Assembly: GCF_001194135.2 (NCBI RefSeq)
Contig: NC_068991.1
Coordinates: 80,289,380 to 80,337,585 of the forward strand
DNA length: 48,206 nucleotides
Reading direction: 5' to 3'
Source of the DNA: Octopus bimaculoides
Lineage: Eukaryota
Under the pieces are notes generated by a model. It was not told the origin of the DNA, ran no database searches, and saw only the letters and a program-made list of their open reading frames with translations. How positions within the stretch are numbered: the stretch's first letter is position 1; each line of letters starts with the position of its first letter. The translations under genes were made by a program, and so were the position numbers. This document shows positions 38,910 through 48,206 of this stretch, piece by piece.

Positions 38910-39722
38910 CCAACAGATAGAGATACAAAAGACCGGTGGCTAGGGATGAGGAGGAGTGACCTGAAGATAGAGACAAAAACACTAATATGCGCAGCTCAGG
39001 AACCAGCGTTAAGGACCAATTATATGAAGTGCAGAACAGACAACAAAACTGACAGCGACAAATGCAGAATGTGTGGTGAGAGGAGTGAAAGGGTGTAGCA
39101 CATCGCTAGCGAAAGCCCGAAATTGGCACAACGCGAATATGAAAGACGACATGACAATGTGGCAAGAATGCTCCACTGCGAGCTCTGTGGAAATCAAGGC
39201 CGAAAAACAGTAAAAACGTGGTTTAAGCAAACCCCAGAATGAGTCACCGAGGATGAAAATTACAAAACCCTGTGGGATGCAATGATCCGGTGCGATCACA
39301 TGACCAAACATCGGAAACCGGACATTGTTGTGGTGAATAAAAAAGAAAGAACATGCATGATAATCGACATAGCATGTCCCGGTGTCAACAGGATCAATAT
39401 GGAAGAACATGAAAGAATAAACAACCATGACGATTTTAAATGGGGAATACGAAGGTTGTGGTCAATGAGGAGAGTAGACACGATGCCAGAAGCGGTATTT
39501 GGTGCACTTGGAAGTACCAACACTCAACTACCAACATGGCTGAAAAAGATTGGTGCAAGGGTGAAGGTAGAACACCCACAAAAATCGGAATTGCTTGGAA
39601 CTGAAAGAATTCTTCGCAGGGTTCTTGAAGCATGAGCAGTAAAGAAGTGTCTCCTTAGTCTGCAGGCTGTGGACAGATGACACTTTCCATCATATCCAGC
39701 CAAATAAGCTGTGTGTTTTTCA
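38907..39722 (+). mobile_element. 5'-truncated RLE-type (Dong/R4-like) LINE with 3' UTR, flanked by (AAT)n
   Basis: One frame, 38907-39635, with two premature stops: W..MRRSDLKIETKTLICAAQEPALRTNY, KCRMCG, HIAS, RRHDNVA, LWD, KPDIVVVNKKERTCMIIDIACP, FGALG and LLGTERILRRVLEA*. Confidence 0.95.
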
Positions 39723-39757
39723 TATAATAATAATAATAATAAAAATAATAATAATAT

Positions 39758-40297
39758 ATGTCCTGATGCAGTACCAGGCAGTGGCTCTCATGGCTTCCGA
39801 TCTTAACTGATTGGAAGTGTTGTCATGTACATTGTTTTGTCTTGGTATAAAAGATGGGCTACAGCAAATATTCTGCTCAATACCACAAATTTGCTTGTCA
39901 GTTGTTTGACCTTAACCACTTCAGCATGTCCCTTGGTCGCTGACGATATGTGCATCTCTGATCACGAGCAGAAGTAGTGGGGGAGTATTATAGCCATGTG
40001 TTGAGAGGAATTCTCTGGACTTTGGATAATGGGTGTTTCATTCAACATCCTTAAGCAACCGTTATTCAGGGACCTTTTGTGCGGGATGGGCTACTCAACC
40101 TGAAGAAAGTTCTCACTGGGCCCTACCTGCAAGGTCATACGCTATTAATCTTGATATGAGATCACCATGTCGGGTATATATGGTTGTGATGCATGTGCCT
40201 TGTGTACACTTATCAGACGGGTAGCCATGATGGGTATAATGGGCTTCGTATATTTTACTCCAGTGTCACTTTGATGGCATGCACTGCGCCCTCACTC
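39758..40297. mobile_element. Unclassified 540-bp interspersed element between (AAT)n runs
   Basis: GC-richer, non-coding block bounded by (AAT)n on both sides. I recall similar sequence as a common octopus repeat, but there is only one copy in this window. Confidence 0.5.
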
Positions 40298-40442
40298 AAT
40301 AATAATAATAATATGGTTCAACCAATTTCACATGATAACTATGGCACCCTTCTATTTTTTTTTCTGTATAACTTCTGGTGGAGTTACCTCAGTCCTATAT
40401 GATCTTAACAAAAAAAAATGAAGTAGACTGACATGTAAATTT

Positions 40443-40483
40443 TGAACCTGTGGAAGGCTCGCTAGATGCCGAAATATCGTTCA
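40443..40483 (+). ncRNA. Minimal type-I hammerhead-ribozyme-like motif with one core substitution, inside a 163-bp partial tandem repeat
   Basis: Stem I TGAAC/GTTCA; core CTGTGGA (canonical CTGANGA); extra A; stem II GGC...GCC; GAAA; palindromic TA; cleavage triplet ATC. Confidence 0.55.
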
Positions 40484-40559
40484 GTCAATTTCACATGATA
40501 ACTATGGCACTCTTCTATTTTTCATTTCTATTTTAATAATAATAATAATACTAATAATA

Positions 40560-40720
40560 ATGAAGATGAAGATGAAGAAGTGGAATATGAAGAGGAAGGA
40601 GAGGAGGAAGTGGTAGAAGAGGAGGAAGAGGTAGAGAAAGGAGAGGCGGAGGGAGAAGCAGAGGTGGAAGAGGCAGAGGTGGAAGAGGCAGAGGTGGAAC
40701 AGGCCGAAGTGGAAGACAAT
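40560..40720. repeat. Purine-rich low-complexity tract with a 15-bp GCAGAGGTGGAAGAG minisatellite
   Basis: Three to four tandem 15-mers at about 40658-40716. Confidence 0.85.
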
Positions 40721-43309
40721 TACCAGAATTTCTCACAATGATGCTTTGGTGAATAGAAGATAATATAATCTCAGCGAAATAATATTATTTTAAAGCAATG
40801 AAAACTCATTGATTTTAATTTGGATATTTATGATGTTGTTTAAACCCAGAGCAGATCGTTGTCTGTCTATTTGCCTCTCTTCCTGTTTATCTCCTCTTGC
40901 AATAAATAATACATTCACACGTACATTTGTTTTGTTATTCCGCTTGTCACGCAATGTGTTCAAATGTAACCTTACGCTTTCGAACGGAAGTAACCTCGTT
41001 CGAACCACTGACTTTTAATTCTTATCGCTTGTTGTCAAACAGACGAAGACAGCCTAGCAGCAAGATGGGGAAAAGACATTTAATAAAGAACATTGTGAGA
41101 GACAGGCCTCTGCAGAGCAAACGGGGTTTTAACATGTGGGTTTCCATTGTACAAACAGTAGATTTACATTAACAAATAGAAGAGTGTGTAATTATTGTTA
41201 ATCTTGCTGTAAGAAATTCTAGAAATTTCCACTCGGTTTAATTTTTCATCTAGTTCTTAGAAGTTAGGAATTCAGCCAAACAATAGATTGTTTCTAAATC
41301 AATGATTATATGGTCGAGGAGTGTCTTAAATCTTATTAGGACTGAATCAACCTCATAACAATGTATGTGTAACAATTTTGTTATGGATTCCTTGTAGCAA
41401 ATGTCACAACTAAGACCAAAATGACGAGATCTTGAATTATCGTTTTTATTCTTTCATACAACACGGAAGAAGCATTGATGAGTCTTACTACATTCATGTC
41501 ACTGACAACAATATCATTCAGAGTATTTCCCTTTAAATTATTAGATCTAAGAAATTAATATTGTTCAAGAAAGAAAATAGTTTAGTTAAAAGGGTAAAGC
41601 ATGTTGTTCACTTAGAAAAAATCGTTATCACAACAGCAAATAAGACATTTTATGAAATAGAGTTAACAGAATTGTACTACTGAAGTATTAAACTGAAAGT
41701 ATACTTCTGGTAAGCGAATAAATACAAGTCGAATTTAGTAACAGTTCGTTGCCGTTGGTTCGGAAACCATGCATAGAAAGCTGCTGTTTTTAGTTGTTTC
41801 GGAGAAAAGCCTCTATGACAAAACCTAGCATATGTTGATCTCACTAACTACTGTCTTCTGTGCTGCTGCTGTTGTTATTTCTGACCTCTGGTCTCTTGCT
41901 TGTCGTTTGACTTATATCAATTTTCCGAGTGGTTATGCAATAGAAATGTGTTCGGTTTGATTACTCGATTTTCACTGCTAAGTCAGAGACAACAGGCTCA
42001 GAAAGGTGCAGGTGACAAATACACTCCTTTGTTGTAATACTTGAAAGAACTCAGAAGATATGACACTGATTTTATTGGTAACATAGTCTTGGTTTCAACA
42101 ACGCCTCAAAATTTACATTATATGGTATATTGCTAAAAGCAACGCAGTATTTAAAGCAAAAGACACGACTATATATAATGAATTGGAAAGGTTTCGGGGT
42201 TGAGTTGGAGTACAAGAAAGGCAAGAAATAGAGATAAGTGGCAGTTACAGAAGAGTTACTGCGGTTAACGTATTCTAGGCTTCTTTATTCTTCTTTTTCA
42301 TATAGCCATTTTCCTCTCAAAGCAAATGGCCAATGATAGAATGTTCAATGCATGGTATAATATGGTTTTGTTAACAAAACAAAAGCTAGGCGTTCCCGTT
42401 TAACATCTTGACATTATAAAACAGCAGATTCCCGTACAGACATTGCAAACCGACGACAACGAACAGTGACAGAATTCTGCGTACATTTATCGAGTCACCA
42501 CAAACCCACATTTAACTAAATGCCTCAGAACTACAATATTGTCAATTCCATGTTATAAGATGCTTTATTTACGATTTGACTAACGAATTTTTTCTAAGTG
42601 AACTATCTTTTATATTTGAACTAAACTATTTTTTTTACATTGAACTAAACAGATTACCTTAATCTCATAACTTAAATTGGATGTTGACTTGAAGTTTACG
42701 AACCTTCTGAACAACTTTGCGATTGACCGCATCACTTCGATACTTCAATATGTCTTAGTATTACTTTCTTCGTGTAGTTCTTTATAGAATAAAATCTATA
42801 TGTCAATATCTCTTCATTTTGGACTCAGTCATCACATTTGCCTAAAGGAAACCCGTAAAGAAAGTGTTACATTTGCTATGAGATTCAGAAAGGCCTAATA
42901 TGATTTAAGACATTCACAGACCATATTATCATTGGTTTAGAAGCAATTTATTGTTCGGCTGAATTACCAACTTCCAAGAGCCAAATCAAAAATTAATCCT
43001 TGAGGAAATGTTTATCCTACAGTAAGATTAATGATTATTTCACACTCTTCTATTTCTTAATCTAAATCTATTGTTTCTATTATAAAAGCCCACTTGCTAA
43101 AGCTTCTATTAGCTCCATTGTCGAAATGTCTTTCCTAATGTTCCATGTTCAATTTTATTCCTTTTCTGATGCAAACTCGCTAATATATATTTCATCAGCA
43201 CCCATAACGACTTCAATTTATCTTAGCTGTTGTGTATTCCGTCAGGAATGTTTAAGTAAGAACGTTTGGAATAGATTAAATCCACTAAACACACAGTTTA
43301 GCACATTTT

Positions 43310-43338
43310 ACTCCTCTCTCTCTTTCCTTCTCTCTCAC

Positions 43339-43386
<48 letters not shown>

Positions 43387-43489
43387 TTCTATTTCTATCT
43401 ATCTCACTATTTATCAATCTATCTCTGTTTATATATCTATTTATCTATCTCTTTCTAATTTAACTCTCTCAAACTCAATCCAATATATC

Positions 43490-43572
<83 letters not shown>
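43310..43572. repeat. (CT)n/(CTAT)n and (TG)n microsatellites
   Basis: Read directly. Confidence 0.95.
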
Positions 43573-43576
<4 letters not shown>

Positions 43577-44099
43577 GGGGGTGTGTATGAGAAGACTTCA
43601 GTAGACTTCACCCTCTTAGAAGCTTTTAAAGACTTTCTCAAGTTTGACTCACCACCCGTGGTTGACGAGTGAATAGTGAATTTGATATTATATTTAAAAC
43701 CAATGGCATGTTGTATGTATAAATGTCGCCAAACAAACAATTAAACAAATATTGGTTTCATTATTAAAAGCGTCGCACAGTGTATTGTACGATACAAATA
43801 AGATGAAATTTTTTTCTAACGCAGAGTTGCCGTTAGAACAGCAGAAATACTGGGAAAATTACCCTTGTATTTTATGAATTAACTGTGTGCGCGAGCATGT
43901 TTGAGTATTTATATGTGTTGGGGTAGCAACTTGTTCATTTGTTTGTCTCCATATATATGCAGACAATGACATCTGAGAACCCTATGGCGTGTCATGAATA
44001 TCTTCAACGTGCATATAGAAACACTTGGGGAAAATCTGTGCAACATAACCTAACCTATATGTATGTGTATACACACGTACACACTCACTCACATATAGA

Positions 44100-44138
<39 letters not shown>

Positions 44139-44206
44139 TTATACGTATATATAAACACATACATATATGCATACCACAGAGGTATGTCTCGATATATACA
44201 AATATT

Positions 44207-44245
<39 letters not shown>

Positions 44246-45423
44246 AGATAGATAGATATCTAACATATCTTTAAAGTTCAGTGAATCGCCTCCTACCTTC
44301 CTGGTATGCAGGCCTCCCAAATTTTATATATATATTAACACTTATATACATGAACATATGCAAACGTGTCTGCACACGCATGCGCACGCAAAGTCACGCA
44401 TGTATACACAATGACTGCACGCTATATTCATTTTCAACAACAAGTATTTCCAGTGCAAATCACTCTGATCGGATCACTTTGATGTAATAATGAGGTGTAT
44501 TTATAGAAGCCAATACAATATGTCAATGTTTTCTCTAATATATTCTGCTGATAATTATGTCATTGAACTCAGAAACCAAATTGCAGTTATTGAAATTGCA
44601 TTACAAAAATGATGGGAGAGAGAGAGAGAACAGCACGGCAGCTGAAAAATCTATTTAAAAAACTTCAAGCTGATCCATTTAGTGTACAAACAATAAACAT
44701 GCTGCGGGTTGGACATAAAATCAAATTATAATACAACGTGAGTTTGCTTTGTATAAAGACGTGGGTGATTGTTCTGAATGTTTGTCTATAGAATTTATTT
44801 ACTTAATTCTATACTAAAAGTTTGCTTTAATGTGTTTGTAATTTTAAGTCTAAGTTTGAATGTTTTTTTTTTGTTTTTCTTTTTTTGTCCAATTTAAATA
44901 TAAGGCACATTATGGCAAACCATATATACATATCAACCACACAGCTGAGACATATGTGTGTGTGTATGTTCACTTCTGTTTTTAGTTATTTCAGTTCTTT
45001 CTCTGAAGAAGGAACTGGTTTCTAACAAATATGCAAAGCTCCATCGTTGGAATGTACATAACAAAAACATCACATTTTAAACTTGAGAAACATCTTGCTT
45101 ATTTTTACTGTTCCACTTACAGATTGTATTTGTAATGAGCAATTTAATTGGTTGATTTTTTCTTTTCTTTTTTTTTTTGAAAACTGCAGCTTATCCATGT
45201 TATCATTGAGGCATTTACTAACAAACCCTAAATCAAACATTTCTAAGGCCCATTGAAATACCATAGGAAATAAACAAATAAGGCTGAACATTGACACGTA
45301 CATTCGCACAAACATACACACAGTTTAAGTAGAAAGATAAATTTCACAGGCAGTTATTCAAATAACCGTATAGCCATGCATGTGTGTGTGTACGTATGCG
45401 TGGGTGTATTTGCATGCATGTTT

Positions 45424-45565
45424 GTGTGTTTGCGCGTGTGTGTGTGCCTGCGTTAGCGTGTGTGTGTGCCTGCGTTAGCGTGTGTGTGTGCCTGCGTTAG
45501 CGTGTGTGTTTGCGCGTGTGTGTGAGTGAGTGAGTGAGTGTGTGTGCGTACGTACGTATGTTCGC

Positions 45566-45623
<58 letters not shown>
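45424..45623. repeat. Three copies of a 20-bp unit (TGTGTGTGCCTGCGTTAGCG-like) within a (TG)n tract
   Basis: gcctgcgttagcg occurs three times at 20-22 bp spacing. Confidence 0.9.
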
Positions 45624-45627
<4 letters not shown>

Positions 45628-45635
45628 ACACATAT

Positions 45636-45780
45636 ACAACAAATCTTTTTTTAGTTTCTCACAAGGCTTTGGGCGGCTCGGGACTATAGTAGGCGATGCT
45701 GGCCCGATTGAACTTGGGATCGAACCTGGAACCTTATGGGTGGGTAGCAAACGTCTTACAACACACCGACGCATGCACCT
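45636..45780 (-). mobile_element. SINE family B copy
   Basis: Minus strand: gtgtgttgtaagacg...ggttccaggttcgatccc (B-box)...ctactatagtcccgagccgcccaaagccttgtgag, then a (CA)n tail. Confidence 0.85.
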
Positions 45781-45884
45781 ATATGTTTACTTCATATTCC
45801 CTTATTCTTTCATCCTCCACTCCATCCCAAAAATGACTGGCTTTGTACCTAAATTAGAACACATTTAGAATTATGGCAAAAATC

Positions 45885-46290
45885 ATTAGGGAGGCAGAAG
45901 AAAATGCATTGCACTATTTCTCCCGGCTCTTTATGCTCCAGGTTCAAATCCCATCGAGGTCAACATTACTTTTCAGGGTCCATAAAATAAAGTACCAGTC
46001 AATGCTCTTCACTAAGATCCCGCTTCTAATCTTATACCAAAATCAACAACCATTATTAAAGGTGACGAGTTAGCGAAACGTCAGGGAATCGGAAGAAATA
46101 CTTGTCCTATTTCGTTCTGCTGCTTGTGTTTTGAGTTCACATTCCATCGTGATCAACTTGCCATTCATGATCTGTGGCCTCCATAAAATAATGAACCAAT
46201 CAAATACTGAGAGCGGTGGTATCGATTACGACATTTTCCTCATAAATTACTGGCCTCATCCCTCACTTAGAAATCATTTATTTATGTACT
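45885..46290 (+). mobile_element. Two old SINE family A copies in tandem
   Basis: caggttcaaatcccatcgaggtcaac...ccataaaataaagtaccag, then aggtgacgagttagcgaaacg...ttgagttcacattcc. Confidence 0.7.
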
Positions 46291-46540
46291 TCTTTGTTTA
46301 TTTATGTACTTATTTATTTATTTATCTATTTATTTCCAGTTCGGCAGAACGGAAACAATCAAAGACACTCTAAACCCTGACTTCATCAAAAAATTTGTTA
46401 TGTCATATTACTTTGAAGAATGTCAACACCTCAAATTTGAACTGTAAGTTAGCTTTTCATCTTTTCTCTCTCTTTTAGTTCCGTTTCCAACCTTTCTTCA
46501 TGTAAATGTATATGCACGTGTGCGTGTGTGTGCGTGTGTG

Positions 46541-46585
<45 letters not shown>

Positions 46586-46909
46586 TTGGTTGAATCAATG
46601 TCTTACTATTTTGAGTTTCCGCTGTGGGTGACCAGCATTTTCTGGCAAATTATGAAGATATGACTTGCAGTTATAACGTACCTGATTATTCTGTGTATCC
46701 ACGAGTGAGACTCAGAGCAGCAAGAGATGGACTCTGCCTAAAGGAAATATATTAATCTCTATCACGCTATTGAGTACTCTTTCTCCGACAGCCTTATGAA
46801 TACATATTTAGATAGATAGATAGACAGATAGATAGATAGATAGATATGTATATATACAACGTACACGAAGTGCCTTCAAAAGGTATCCGACTTTATCTTT
46901 TCCCGCCAA

Positions 46910-47045
46910 CACTGATGCCGCGTGGCCATTTCGCCCGTCTTGGCATTCTGAGTTCAAGTTCCGTCGAGGTCGATTTTGTCTTTCATCCTTTCGGGGTCGA
47001 TAAAACTAGCACTCTCCCCCAAATTTCAGATTTTGTGCCTAGAGT
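46910..47045 (+). mobile_element. SINE family A fragment
   Basis: ttctgagttcaagttccgtcgaggtcgattttgtctttcatcctttcggggtcgataaa. Confidence 0.88.
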
Positions 47046-47049
47046 TTTT

Positions 47050-47146
<97 letters not shown>

Positions 47147-47185
47147 TTCTTTCTTTTTTCTTTCTGTTTCTCTCTCTCTCTCATT
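47046..47185. repeat. (CT)n microsatellite
   Basis: Read directly. Confidence 0.96.
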
Positions 47186-47374
47186 AATATTATTGTTGTT
47201 GTCGTTGTTTTGGTTTTGTTTTAATTTACTCGTTGTGCACCCTCAAGTCTCAACCGGAGACGTTAAGGGGCAACAAGGTTTTTCCATCAGAAGATCCTAA
47301 GAACGGGTGAGGAGGGCCATGCAATTGAAAACACTGACGTCTGGCGGAAAGAAAACAGAAACGGAGCAAGTTTG

Positions 47375-47479
47375 CATTTACCCGGCGAGGACTGGCATAG
47401 AATAAGTCTGATCTTTTGTAATTCGATTCTTTTGGAGATGCCAGGGATGAGCTCTACATACTTGCTTACTCCTCTTCGT
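47375..47479 (-). mobile_element. Possible short 3' remnant of an RLE-type LINE next to (AAT)n
   Basis: RGVSKYVELIPGISKRIELQKIRL, then a frameshift to RRV, resembling the Dong-type terminus IPG....ELQKI.LLGTA.ILRRV. Confidence 0.45.
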
Positions 47480-47864
47480 ATTATTATTATTATTATTATT
47501 ATTGTGAGTGTAAGTTGCGAAAATGGCAAGAGTGGCTGGTACCGCTCTGAGTGCAGACCTGTGGGTCGGGGAGAAGGAATTGGAGAGGGCCCTTGCTCCT
47601 GGGTTTCAGGGCAATCTCGGACAGTGGGGTTCCTCGATTATCCCTACAGACCTTCCAGTATCAGGAGGGTCACATCTCTATCTTCCGTCCCGCCACTTTT
47701 TTAAACCTTTGTATGCTATGCATATGTCCCCTTTTTTTTTTCACTGTACACCATGTACACTTAATTTCTTTCTTTCTTTCATTTTTTCTTAATTATTTCA
47801 TTATATGTAAACATCCACACTTTATGTCTGTCTCTGCATTATTCTTCACCCTTGTCACAAATTA

Positions 47865-47869
47865 ATGAA

Positions 47870-47901
<32 letters not shown>

Positions 47902-47983
47902 CATCATTATTATTATCATTATTATTATCATTATTATCATTATTATCATTATCATCATTATTATTATCATTATTATTATTATC

Positions 47984-48037
<54 letters not shown>

Positions 48038-48105
48038 TTATTATTATTTTATTATTATTATTATCATTATTATTACCATTATTATTATTATTATTATTAT
48101 TATTC
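47865..48105. repeat. (ATT)n/(ATC)n microsatellite
   Basis: Read directly. Confidence 0.97.
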
Positions 48106-48206
48106 AGTAGTTTTATTTTTATAACGTGCTTTCACTTCACTACCGAGCGCAGCTCTGTGTGCCTTGGGTATGTGCTGTGGTTTGCTGTGGTGCTCTTATG
48201 TTTACT

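Noticed and set aside
40560-40738. Acidic open frame (EEEEVEKGEAEGEAEVEEAEVEE...)
   Set aside because: GA-rich low-complexity and minisatellite sequence without splice or start context.
40979-41004. 8-bp hairpin TTCGAACG/CGTTCGAA as a Helitron 3' end or terminator
   Set aside because: No downstream CTRR or U-tract; a stem this short is unremarkable.

Overview
AT-rich, microsatellite-dense eukaryotic intronic/intergenic DNA with two assembly gaps (N 3986-4227 and 23438-23557). The repeat content looks like an octopus (coleoid cephalopod) genome; this is recognition from memory, not a search result. Only one host coding exon is supported: an 88-bp internal copine (CPNE) C2A exon at 32883-32970 (+). 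The rest of the recognisable sequence is decayed mobile DNA: RLE-type (Dong/R4-like) non-LTR fragments, RTE and CR1-group LINEs, Penelope-like RT remnants, an internally deleted mariner, a solo-LTR-like insert, and many copies of two tRNA-related SINE families. Most listed ORFs are microsatellite artefacts. The most interesting observation is an (AAT)n hub at 38854-40560. It holds a Dong-like LINE end, an unclassified 540-bp element, and a 163-bp partial tandem unit carrying a minimal type-I hammerhead-ribozyme fold with one core substitution. I found no intact transposon ORF, RNA gene or CRISPR array, and no clearly new multi-gene system.
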